A program made the translations under genes and the position numbers. A stretch of DNA of 40,093 bases from a virus, in the IMG/VR virus record IMGVR_UViG_3300017971_000135; one strand, given 5' to 3'. This document shows positions 1 through 8,595 of the stretch, piece after piece. Numbering within the stretch: the first letter of the stretch is position 1; each line of letters opens with the position of its first letter. A model generated the notes under the pieces. It did no database searches. It had not been told where the DNA came from and saw only the letters and a program-made list of their open reading frames with translations.

Positions 1-123
1 CGAAGTAGCACTTCGCGTCTGTCACGAACTCCTTGCGCTGCATCCGTGCGCGATGTACCCTTCAGTGTGAACTCATGCACGGAGGTGCCCCATGCGGATC
101 GCCGCGACGTTCCTCATCCTCGC
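1..123. repeat. Terminal direct repeat, copy 1 (identical to 39971-40093)
   Basis: Read directly: cgaagtagcacttcgcg...ttcctcatcctcgc occurs at both ends. The repeat cuts through the start of the lipoprotein gene. Confidence 0.95.
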
Positions 124-478
124 TTTCCTGCTCAGCTGCTCCGACTCCACCCCGACCGGCGCCGGGGATGAGGAGCCCACGCACACAATCCCGGTGACCG
201 TAATCGTGAGAGAGCCAACCGGCGACCATGCAGGCTGGTTGTTGGATGATACCGGTACCATCGAGTACGCACACCCCGGCGACACTGAAACGGCCTACTT
301 CTTCGACCTCCCCGACACCCACACCTTTGTGCTTGACACCTCGGAGGAGTACTGCATCTACGTGCGCGCACGCATTTGCTCCCCCGCCAGCCCGCTACTC
401 TGCGTATCCACCGGGGGCTCGGACTGTGACTCAGGGCGTAGTCCCGAGGACACTCTCCGCTTCCTCGGGTACGACTGA
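92..478 (+). CDS. Putative lipoprotein (moron / superinfection-exclusion candidate)
   Basis: ATG at 92 with GGAGG at 81-85. The N-terminus MRIAATFLILAFLLSC reads as a signal peptide with an L-L-S-C lipobox. Confidence 0.7.
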   Translation: MRIAATFLILAFLLSCSDSTPTGAGDEEPTHTIPVTVIVREPTGDHAGWLLDDTGTIEYAHPGDTETAYFFDLPDTHTFVLDTSEEYCIYVRARICSPASPLLCVSTGGSDCDSGRSPEDTLRFLGYD

Positions 479-506
479 TTCCCACACCAACCACCAGGAG
501 GCCACC

Positions 507-986
507 ATGGCCAAGCTGATCAAGTGCAAAGACTGCGGACACGAGGTGAGCAAGTCCGCAAAGGCATGTCCAAACTGCGGGGCGAAACTGCCCGGCCGTC
601 ACCCCATCCTAATCACGCTGCTCGCCTTGATCATCATTGGGGTGTTCGGGTCACTCATCGGCACAATATCGGAGACGGACACGGGCCCGGTGAGTACCGT
701 CTCCTCGGCAGTGGCCCAACCGAAGCTCGAGCTGCTCGAGGGGTGGAAGGTGACGCGGGGCGAGTACGGCAATGTGAAGATCACTGGCAAGGTCAGGAAC
801 AACAGCTCGAAGGAATATGGATACGCCCAAATCTCGTTCAATCTCTACGACCGCGAGAACGCGCAGATCGGCACCGCCCTCGCGAACGTGAGCAACCTTG
901 AGGCGAACGGTGTCTGGAAATTCGAAGCCATGTGTCTCGAGGACAACGTCGCCACCGCAAAGTTCAAGGATTTGACCGGACTCTGA
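507..986 (+). CDS. Zinc-ribbon / single-TM / FxLYD-type domain membrane protein
   Basis: ATG at 507 with AGGAG at 496-500. Contains a CKDCGH...CPNCG zinc ribbon, a TM helix ILITLLALIIIGVFGSLIG, and a C-terminal ISFNLYD...WKFEA block typical of FxLYD domains. Confidence 0.8.
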   Translation: MAKLIKCKDCGHEVSKSAKACPNCGAKLPGRHPILITLLALIIIGVFGSLIGTISETDTGPVSTVSSAVAQPKLELLEGWKVTRGEYGNVKITGKVRNNSSKEYGYAQISFNLYDRENAQIGTALANVSNLEANGVWKFEAMCLEDNVATAKFKDLTGL

Positions 987-989
987 AAC

Positions 990-1673
990 TCACGTCTGTC
1001 TGGCGATCTGCTGGATGTAGCAGCGGATGTCGTGACGGCAGCGCAGGCCCGTCCCGGCGACCACGTGCCGGTACCCGAACAGTGCCGGCGGCACCTTTAC
1101 GACGATATCCCACCAGCCCCAGTATCGCCACGTCCGCGGCACCCGGCGCCGGTAGGAACGCCCGAACGATCCATTGCCCACACGCGGGCTCCCAAACGTG
1201 TAGGCGTGGATGATGCGGGCATGCTCGAACAGCTCCCGGCCGGGCTGCATGCAGTACTGCAGGTCGACGGCGCACAGTGTTGCCAGTGCCCCGCCCAGGC
1301 TGTGGCCGAGAACCACTACCGGCTTGCGGTCGTGTACGTAGGCACCCACGGCCTCGTGAACCTGGTCCCGCACCGACTTGTACGCCCCGAGGAACCCACG
1401 GTGCACGCGGATGCGGCTGCCGGTGTTGCCGTAGGGGATGACACGCTGGCGGAACATGAGGTCTGTCAGCCAGTCCCGCGCCTTGCGCGGTTCGGTACCG
1501 CGAAAGAGGATCAGGTAGGCATACGGCAGGTCGAGGAAGAACCACTGCGTATCGGTCCGTTTGCTCTCGAAGGCTGCCGGCCGGTACCCCAACCAGTCAC
1601 CGCCCGGCCGGGCCCGCCGGCACAGGTCTGCGAGTACCACCCGCCGGGAGTAGATGCTCTCGGACTCGGCCAT
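990..1673 (-). CDS. Class-3 lipase family alpha/beta hydrolase
   Basis: ATG at 1673 with AAGGAG upstream. Motifs LFRGTE...DW, VHRGF, nucleophile elbow VLGHSLGGALA, and TFGSPRVGN match the Lipase_3 pattern. Confidence 0.8.
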   Translation of the reverse strand: MAESESIYSRRVVLADLCRRARPGGDWLGYRPAAFESKRTDTQWFFLDLPYAYLILFRGTEPRKARDWLTDLMFRQRVIPYGNTGSRIRVHRGFLGAYKSVRDQVHEAVGAYVHDRKPVVVLGHSLGGALATLCAVDLQYCMQPGRELFEHARIIHAYTFGSPRVGNGSFGRSYRRRVPRTWRYWGWWDIVVKVPPALFGYRHVVAGTGLRCRHDIRCYIQQIARQT

Positions 1674-1678
1674 GGGGC

Positions 1679-2224
1679 TCACTCCTTGCCGTTGTAGACG
1701 TAGCGCATGATGCCGCTCACGATGGCCCAGGCGGACCGGTGCTGCCGGCTGCGCAGCATGAGCGCGGCCTCCTCCTCGCGGTTGCTCAAGAACCCGCACT
1801 CGACCAGGACGCACGGAAACGCTGTCTGGCGCAGGATGTACAGGTCTCGCCGGATATGCACCTGCCGGGCACGGTCCGACACCACGGACATGGCAGCGTC
1901 GATCGCGTGCGCCAGCTCCCGGTCCCTGGCGTCGCCGTTGTAGATGACATGGTAGCCGTGCACGCGACGCACCGGCAGCCAGTCAGCATGGATGCTCACA
2001 CCCAGGTCACAGTCGCGGGTGTCGCGGATACGGTCGTCGAAGGGGCCGATGCCGACGGTGTGCTCAATGCCCATGTCGCCGAGCAGGCCGGCGACCTTGT
2101 CGGCGATCGCCCAGGAGATGACTGCCTCGATCGTGTGCAGCTGGTCCCCGGTGGCCGCGTCGGTACCGTCAACGGCGCCCGAGTCCTTGCCCACGTGGCC
2201 GGGATAGATTGCGACCTTGGCCAT
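1679..2224 (-). CDS. N-acetylmuramoyl-L-alanine amidase (Amidase_3-type endolysin)
   Basis: ATG at 2224 with GGAGGA upstream. Motifs YPGHVGKDSGA, VSIHAD and LVECGFLSNREE. It is the second-to-last gene of the late operon. Confidence 0.85.
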   Translation of the reverse strand: MAKVAIYPGHVGKDSGAVDGTDAATGDQLHTIEAVISWAIADKVAGLLGDMGIEHTVGIGPFDDRIRDTRDCDLGVSIHADWLPVRRVHGYHVIYNGDARDRELAHAIDAAMSVVSDRARQVHIRRDLYILRQTAFPCVLVECGFLSNREEEAALMLRSRQHRSAWAIVSGIMRYVYNGKE

Positions 2225-2226
2225 GG

Positions 2227-2688
2227 CTACACGTCCTCCAGGTGGAACTGCAGCCACCAGCCGGTTTCGATGTCTCCCACCCCCGCGGCGGCGTTGTTCT
2301 TGAGGGCAACGTCGCAGTATGCGTACTTGTCGCTCCCGGTGCTGTTCGAGTAGGCAGTCACAGCCTTGTCCTCGTCGGCGTAGTAGCTGCTCGACTGCTC
2401 GTACGTGCCGAGGTAGCCGACCCCGACGACGTACCAGTAGAGCAACAGCAGCATGTCCGAGTCGTCGAGATAGAACCGCCAGTGCGAGAGGACCAGCTTC
2501 TGGCCGTCCGGCACTTTGACGAGACACTTCTGCGGGTACGCGTAGTCCCACCCGCCCAGTGATCCCCGCCAGCGGCCGGAGTAGACGATACGATTCAGGA
2601 ACACCAGATTCGCACCGATGGCGTTCAGCTGCGTGTGGGTGACCGGGTCGGTCGCACCCCAGTTGGTCTTCGGTTCCGTCCATGCCAT
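2227..2688 (-). CDS. Small tail-fibre-associated protein, paralog 1
   Basis: The N-terminus MAWTEPKTNWGATDPVTHTQLNAIGANL resembles the conserved N-terminal motif of phage tail fibre proteins. Shares LVKVPD..LVLSHWRF..GVG.LGTY..GWW..F..ED blocks with 2711-3175. Confidence 0.75.
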   Translation of the reverse strand: MAWTEPKTNWGATDPVTHTQLNAIGANLVFLNRIVYSGRWRGSLGGWDYAYPQKCLVKVPDGQKLVLSHWRFYLDDSDMLLLLYWYVVGVGYLGTYEQSSSYYADEDKAVTAYSNSTGSDKYAYCDVALKNNAAAGVGDIETGWWLQFHLEDV

Positions 2689-2710
2689 GGTGACAGTCCT
2701 CTCTGCTGTC

Positions 2711-3175
2711 CTACTGGAGATCCTCGATCGCGAACCGCATCCACCAGCCCACCGATATCGGACCGGTCGACGCGCCCGCGGTGTTCCTCAGACGGATGAG
2801 CCCGCGGACGTATTTGTCCACGCCGGTTGTGTTCTGGTACGCCGCATCCGTCAGGGCTTCGTCACCGTAGTAGTCGTCGGACTCGTTGTACGTACCCAAC
2901 AGACCAACCCCTTCGAGATGGTACAGCACGTGCAGGCGCATGTCGGGGTCGTGCAGGTGGAACCGCCAGTGCGAGAGCACGAGTGTGTGCAGGTCCGGCA
3001 CCTTCACGAGAGCGTACCCAATGTTCCGGCCGGTGTGGGCCCCGAACGTGCCGTAGTACCGGCCCGAGTACTCGACACCATTTAGGACAAGCATGTCCTC
3101 ACCCCACACGTTCGGCACCGTGTGGGGGATGGCTTCCGTACCGTCGAAGTCGATCTTCGGGTCCGACCACGCCAT
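2711..3175 (-). CDS. Small tail-fibre-associated protein, paralog 2
   Basis: Tandem paralog of 2227-2688 with the same length class and the same conserved blocks. Confidence 0.75.
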   Translation of the reverse strand: MAWSDPKIDFDGTEAIPHTVPNVWGEDMLVLNGVEYSGRYYGTFGAHTGRNIGYALVKVPDLHTLVLSHWRFHLHDPDMRLHVLYHLEGVGLLGTYNESDDYYGDEALTDAAYQNTTGVDKYVRGLIRLRNTAGASTGPISVGWWMRFAIEDLQ

Positions 3176-3178
3176 CGA

Positions 3179-3412
3179 CTACTCCTGGTCCAGCGGCGCC
3201 GGGTCGGCCGGGGTGGTCGCGCGGATCTCCTGCAGGGCAGCGATCTCGCGCTCAAGGCCGGTGGCTCTTTTCAGGGCCGCCTCCATCTTCTTGGCCTCGC
3301 CGCATTTCTCCGACACCATCTTGTTCAGGTTGGCGTCGTACAGCAGGACGTTCAGCCGGCGCAGGTTCTCGTCGATGATGTCCAGCTTGTCCGTGTTGCT
3401 CAGGTCCTGCAT
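3179..3412 (-). CDS. Hypothetical small coiled-coil protein
   Basis: ATG at 3412 with GGAGGAG upstream. Charged, heptad-like sequence with no TM segment. Confidence 0.6.
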   Translation of the reverse strand: MQDLSNTDKLDIIDENLRRLNVLLYDANLNKMVSEKCGEAKKMEAALKRATGLEREIAALQEIRATTPADPAPLDQE

Positions 3413-3414
3413 AC

Positions 3415-3963
3415 CTACTCCTCCGGGTTGGGGTTGGTGACCGCTTTCGCTGCGCGCTGCAGCTGGCGGCGTTTGTTGGTCGAGTACATGAGGTGCTCGT
3501 AGTACGACGGGTCGATCTGTTTGATGCCGGGCCAGTCCCGCAGCACCTTACGCGGCCAGCAGTACTGGTCGAGGCCGCAGTATGCTTGGGCCTTCTCCAG
3601 TACGTCAATCGCGAACTGCGCCGGGACGTACATCAGGAACGAGTCGGGCTGCGGGTCGGCGGTGTAGCCATCGCCGGGCAGCGGCCAGTATGGCAGGTTC
3701 GGTTCGCTCTCGACCAGATCCGGCATTGTGAGCAGCTTGCAGTCGAGGTCTACGTACAGCTCCGGCTCCGTTGCGCGGGCTGCTCGCTCCCACCTGTACA
3801 CGTCGCTCGCTACCGTGTGCGCCTCGGCCAGCGCGATCGTGTCAGTGACACCCTCGACGGCGGGCTGCTCGACGAGCACCAGCCCGTACTCCCGCTCATT
3901 GTGTGTGATGATTGGCTCCAGCTCTGCCGGGACCGTGCCGTAAACAATAGAATAGATGTGCAT
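3415..3963 (-). CDS. Hypothetical protein (tail-fibre region)
   Basis: ATG at 3963 with AGGAG upstream. I recognise no motif securely. Confidence 0.65.
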   Translation of the reverse strand: MHIYSIVYGTVPAELEPIITHNEREYGLVLVEQPAVEGVTDTIALAEAHTVASDVYRWERAARATEPELYVDLDCKLLTMPDLVESEPNLPYWPLPGDGYTADPQPDSFLMYVPAQFAIDVLEKAQAYCGLDQYCWPRKVLRDWPGIKQIDPSYYEHLMYSTNKRRQLQRAAKAVTNPNPEE

Positions 3964-3974
3964 TGGTCAGGCTC

Positions 3975-5693
3975 CTATGTAACGTTGTTGTTGGCTAGGT
4001 CATTGTCGCCAACCACCACATTGCCGTCCTCATCGCAGTATAGCAGGCGGTACTTGCCAGCAGCAGCAGCGGCGTATGACACGTCATCTGCACCGACCCC
4101 CAACAGCGTCAGCGCGCCGTCGCCGAGCAATTCAAGCAACTGAGTGGTGTTGTTCTTGATTGAAAACATCTTACTCGCCGCCGAAAACGCCTCTGTGCCG
4201 CCAGCACCGTCGTGCTTAATCCCGCGAAAATGGAAAAGCCCATCGCCTCCGTCTGGCTCATTCTCAGCATACGCCAATGCGTAGATCGTCTTTTCTGAGT
4301 CTGTCGCCTTGTTGTACCCCACTAGCGCAGCACCACCATTGTCTCCGTTTGCGGAGAACAGCTTGGCAAAGTTCCCGTCATCAATACCAAACACGAACCT
4401 TTGGTCTGCCGTCCATGTTATTGCCGCACGGCTCCACACCTGTTTTCCATTGCTCGCGAACCGCGCTACCTCCCCGATGCTCCAGCCATTCACCAGCCTC
4501 ACCACTATGTTAGCATCCCCGCTGCTCTCGTCCTCCCACTCGACAGCCAGCGTCCCGGCGACAAAGTTGGTGGCCTGCGTTGAAGACTCCAGCTCGAACT
4601 GCATGCCCACACCGAACCCGTCGCCAACCGTATCGCCACACGTCTCCGTCAGGCGCAGCAGATACTGCACCGCATCTGTCGTGGCGGTGTCCTGCTCGAT
4701 GTGCACGAACACATCGGGAGTCCCATGCCCAAAGGCGAACTTGTCCTCCGAGCCGTCGAGGAAGAAGGCATGCGTCAGGTTGTCTGACTCCATCCGCACG
4801 TCCATCGGCAGACCGCCCTCGTTCAGCACGAACTGGACAGTCGACCCACCGTCGCCGGAGCTCGCCCGCCACACCTCTTTCTCAGCGGTCGGCGCGAGAG
4901 TACATTTCCACGCGAACGTCTGAGCATCGAAAAACACCTTGCCGCCGTAGTTGATGTCGTCGATGACGTACAACCCTGCTTTCTTCGTGCCAGCCCCGTC
5001 GACGAGTAGGCTGATCCACGTGTCGGCGTCCTGCTCGAGGGTGAGAAGGGTGCCGGCGATCGGCGAGACGCCCGTGTCGGCGTCGTACAGGTGGAGTAGA
5101 GACGCCGGCGAGGTGTCATTCCCGATGAGCACCTTTCCTGCCGTGGTCATGTGTAGCCCGGTCACCCACGTGATCGGGTTGTCGGCCGTCCCGCTCGCGG
5201 CGTACGTCAGCGCAATCGTGCCTGCCGTCTGCACGATCCGCGTCGCGTACCCGGTGCCGATGTACTCCCAGCGGTCATCGGTGTCGTCGTAGTAGGCGTT
5301 CTCCTCGAGTCCGAGCTCGGCCGCCCCGTAGGAGAGGGCACCCTGGGAGCCGATGTCGAACGCCGAGTGAGTGCTCTTCCAGGAATGTAGTGTCTCCAGA
5401 CCGAGTCCGAGCACGTCGGTGTCGTTGTCGTACAGCAGCTTGCTGTTCGTGTTCGCGGCGCCGTTCGCGTCGGTGAACAGCACCCGTTTCTGTGCGTGAT
5501 TGCTGGTCGTCGAGGCGTCAGCCATCGCCTTGACCACCGTCCCCGCGGCGTTCTTCCAGATCAGACGATGGGTGCTGGTGCACAGCTTCATCCGTAGGGT
5601 CTCTCCGCTCGCCGCGAAGTCGGCATAGGAGTAGTTCCCCAGCCAGAAGTCGAACGGGCTGGCACCCGAGACGGTGGTTACGTTGCTAGGCAT
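3975..5693 (-). CDS. Tail fibre / receptor-binding-like protein (assigned by position)
   Basis: 572-aa Gly/Thr/Ala/Asp-rich protein directly after the large tail-tip protein. GGGAG RBS. Confidence 0.65.
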   Translation of the reverse strand: MPSNVTTVSGASPFDFWLGNYSYADFAASGETLRMKLCTSTHRLIWKNAAGTVVKAMADASTTSNHAQKRVLFTDANGAANTNSKLLYDNDTDVLGLGLETLHSWKSTHSAFDIGSQGALSYGAAELGLEENAYYDDTDDRWEYIGTGYATRIVQTAGTIALTYAASGTADNPITWVTGLHMTTAGKVLIGNDTSPASLLHLYDADTGVSPIAGTLLTLEQDADTWISLLVDGAGTKKAGLYVIDDINYGGKVFFDAQTFAWKCTLAPTAEKEVWRASSGDGGSTVQFVLNEGGLPMDVRMESDNLTHAFFLDGSEDKFAFGHGTPDVFVHIEQDTATTDAVQYLLRLTETCGDTVGDGFGVGMQFELESSTQATNFVAGTLAVEWEDESSGDANIVVRLVNGWSIGEVARFASNGKQVWSRAAITWTADQRFVFGIDDGNFAKLFSANGDNGGAALVGYNKATDSEKTIYALAYAENEPDGGDGLFHFRGIKHDGAGGTEAFSAASKMFSIKNNTTQLLELLGDGALTLLGVGADDVSYAAAAAGKYRLLYCDEDGNVVVGDNDLANNNVT

Positions 5694-5708
5694 GGCATAT
5701 CTCCCTTG

Positions 5709-7871
5709 TCACGAATCCGAATCCTGCAGGCTCAGCAGGCCGCTGTCGTCGGTGTCCTGCAGGTCGTAGCCGCTGTCGTCGGTGTCCTGCATTTCGAGCA
5801 CCGTGACCTCACGCACCCGGCGCCCGCTGAGCATCGAGCGCAGCGTGCCGTCGAACTGGAGCTTCTGCTTGTACACCTCGAAGTCTGACTTGTTGCTGAC
5901 CGCCCCGCGGACGTACTCAGGCGCCCGGACGACAGTCTCGAGACCGATATTCGGGTTGCCCCGCCAGTTGAGCTCGACGTCCCTGGCCGGGTCCTTGTAC
6001 GTCTCCAGGAGGGTGGCCGCGATGAGGTCCGCCAGGGCGCGCGTCTGCACGAGCGGGTTCTCCTTGAGCTCGTACCGCTGCAGTCCATACTGGAACTGGC
6101 TGTCCGAGTCCTCCTGGACGACCACCTCCTTGCCCTGGATCGCGTACAGGTCGCCGTCGATGACGATCTCCATCTCACCACCAGTTGTACACTGCACGAC
6201 CACCTCGGCGCCCCAGGCATAGTAGTCGGTACTGGCACTGACTATGCTACCGACAAAGCTCGACCCGTCAGTTGCTTCAGCACTTGCGGTTGCGTCGTAG
6301 ACAGGCTTGTCGCTGTAGACGATGGTGAACGTCCGCTGCTCATCGGCCGCCATCGTGATGGCCTCGCTCGAGCGGTACACTTCGGTTGCCGGCGCCCCGC
6401 CTTCGGGAGGCACTATCCGCAGCGGCTGCGTACAGACTTCGATGCGGTTCTCGACGCTCTCGGCCTCCTCGGGCTGCGTGCGCTCGTAGTAGTCGTCGGC
6501 CGTGAGCTCGTACTCGTGGCTGCCCACCGCGGCCGGCGCCTTGAACTGAATCACGTCGTCGCGGTCCACGTACACCCGCCCCAGACACGCCCCCGCGAGC
6601 TGCTTCAGTGCGTCGAAGTAGCTCATGCGATCGAACCAGGCCACGGGCACCGTGTACTCCGACCCGTACAGGGCGTCGTCGATGGAGTATGTCAGGTCAC
6701 CCATGCCATGCTCGAGCATGGCCGCGTCGAGGACCTGCGCGGCCAGCGTGCCGATCGTCTCGCTGAGCTGGACCGTGCTGCCGCTGTATGTGATCTTCTG
6801 CAGCCGGCCCATGCGGTCGTAGGCCGTGGTGCTCGCCGTGGTACCCTTCTCCGATACCTTCCAGTCGCCCGACCAGAACGTCCCCATGTCAACGTAGGTC
6901 TCGCCCACACCGGGGATATTGAACCCGAGCTCGACTTCTATCTTGCGGCCCTTGCGCACCATGGCGTGGTACGGGGCGTCGTCGTTGGCCGGGAAGAACT
7001 TGTCGTCGACGTTGTTCAGCTGCAGCTCGAGCTCGTTGGCAGAGATGTTCCCGGCCGGCAGCGTGGCGTCCTTGATCTCGTTCTCCTCCAGGACGTTGAT
7101 GCTCATGATCTCGTCGCCGTCGTACACCTCGACCGCGGAGCTGAAGAGCTCGGCCATCTTCACGACCGCGTTCGCGGCCGACCACTTGGTGATGGCCAGC
7201 ACGATCGCCGTGGCCTCGGACACCGGCCCGACCGACACGTCGCGACTGACCTGGGCGTTGGCAGTGATCTCGACACTGTCCTCGAGGACGGCGCCGCCCG
7301 GCCCGCTGAACACCATCACGGTGAAGTCAACCGGGTACTCGCCCAGGGCTGAGTCACCGGTGACACTCACAGTCGCAACCGCCTGCTCGACCAGGCGCAG
7401 CCGCAGGTACTGCGTACTCGAAAACACGCCTGCGCCGTCTGAGAACGTCCCGCCCCACCAGCCGAACTGGTACAGGGCCGCGGCAGCCGCGTCTCCCGGC
7501 GCCAGGACCATATCGTTGAGGGTGGCAACCCCGTCGCACCGGAACCACTTGTGGGAGACCGTCGTGATGCCGTCGGCAACGTGTCCCTGCAGCTCCGGCA
7601 CCTGGCTGTGTATCCAGTTGGCCGTAGTCGAGGGCCAGGTGACCTCGAGGTTGTCCAGGTTCGCCCCGCCCCAGTGCACCGTCACCCGGCCGATGGGCTT
7701 GCGCACCGTGGCGATCGCCGCCTGGTCGAAGGTCATCTCGCCCGAGCCGTCACCCGAGACCAGGCCGTGCGACATGTAGGAGTACCACTCGCCGACGACA
7801 ATGGACCCCGTCGCGTTGGTGATGACACCCCCGCTCAGGTACGCATAGTAGTCGCCGGCCGTCATTGCCAT
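5709..7871 (-). CDS. Large tail-tip/baseplate structural protein (distal-tail-protein-like core with extensions)
   Basis: 720 aa, with its ATG overlapping the upstream stop (ATGA). The central region NELELQLNN..KGRKIEVELGF..GTFWSGDWKV resembles siphovirus tail-family proteins. The acidic C-terminus is repeated (QDTDDSG twice). Confidence 0.7.
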   Translation of the reverse strand: MAMTAGDYYAYLSGGVITNATGSIVVGEWYSYMSHGLVSGDGSGEMTFDQAAIATVRKPIGRVTVHWGGANLDNLEVTWPSTTANWIHSQVPELQGHVADGITTVSHKWFRCDGVATLNDMVLAPGDAAAAALYQFGWWGGTFSDGAGVFSSTQYLRLRLVEQAVATVSVTGDSALGEYPVDFTVMVFSGPGGAVLEDSVEITANAQVSRDVSVGPVSEATAIVLAITKWSAANAVVKMAELFSSAVEVYDGDEIMSINVLEENEIKDATLPAGNISANELELQLNNVDDKFFPANDDAPYHAMVRKGRKIEVELGFNIPGVGETYVDMGTFWSGDWKVSEKGTTASTTAYDRMGRLQKITYSGSTVQLSETIGTLAAQVLDAAMLEHGMGDLTYSIDDALYGSEYTVPVAWFDRMSYFDALKQLAGACLGRVYVDRDDVIQFKAPAAVGSHEYELTADDYYERTQPEEAESVENRIEVCTQPLRIVPPEGGAPATEVYRSSEAITMAADEQRTFTIVYSDKPVYDATASAEATDGSSFVGSIVSASTDYYAWGAEVVVQCTTGGEMEIVIDGDLYAIQGKEVVVQEDSDSQFQYGLQRYELKENPLVQTRALADLIAATLLETYKDPARDVELNWRGNPNIGLETVVRAPEYVRGAVSNKSDFEVYKQKLQFDGTLRSMLSGRRVREVTVLEMQDTDDSGYDLQDTDDSGLLSLQDSDS

Positions 7872-8593
7872 CAGCTTATGGTCCTGCCCGAATCGCTCAG
7901 TGTGTGTGTGGTCTCCGTGGAGGCCGCCTTGTTCTTGATGGTGTGGATTTTCTTCGTCCCGTCGAGCGTCACAGTGCCATCGAGAACCGCCAGCATGCGC
8001 TTCACGGCGGTCTTGAGCGTGAACCCGGTGTCGATGCAGCTGGCCGTGACGATGTCGGCGATCAGCTGGTCGACGAGCGAGTCGACCGTTGCCAGGGCGG
8101 CCGCGGTGGCCAGGTCTGTCAGCGCGCCACCGTTCGGCAGGTTGTCGGTCACAGCCTTGATTGCTGCCACCTCAGTGTCGATGTACTCTGCAATGGTGGA
8201 GAGGGTACTGGGTAGGGTGGTCCCCGTGTCGACGAGTATCGCGTCGACGTTCCCGTCTACCGTGGCAACGTCGTCGACCAGCTCCGCGTGCGTCTTGTCC
8301 ACCACGTCGACATAGAAGCGGTACTTCTTTGCGACGGCGGCGGAGACGCTCACCTCCCAAATGCCCTCGCTGTCGAACTCGCTGGCCCCGATCTGAAGCG
8401 AGTAGATTCCCTCTCCCTTCTCGTCCCAGTTGCCCGACGCGACTGAGTAGGTGGCGAGGGTGTCGGTGCCATCCATCTTGACGTATTTCACCGTCAGGTC
8501 ACTGTACGCGACCCCCGTCTCTTCGGTGTCGCCATCCGTCGCATCCAGGAGGACCACCGGAAACCATGTGTCTGTCGATATCTTGGCTTGCAT
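7871..8593 (-). CDS. Hypothetical tail-module protein
   Basis: 240-aa ORF coupled to its neighbours. No recognisable motif. Confidence 0.65.
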   Translation of the reverse strand: MQAKISTDTWFPVVLLDATDGDTEETGVAYSDLTVKYVKMDGTDTLATYSVASGNWDEKGEGIYSLQIGASEFDSEGIWEVSVSAAVAKKYRFYVDVVDKTHAELVDDVATVDGNVDAILVDTGTTLPSTLSTIAEYIDTEVAAIKAVTDNLPNGGALTDLATAAALATVDSLVDQLIADIVTASCIDTGFTLKTAVKRMLAVLDGTVTLDGTKKIHTIKNKAASTETTHTLSDSGRTIS

Positions 8594-8595
8594 GG

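Noticed and set aside
3415-3963. A glycosyltransferase call based on a YVDLD (DxD-like) motif.
   Set aside because: A single short motif with no other family signature that I can read. Evidence is insufficient, so it stays hypothetical.
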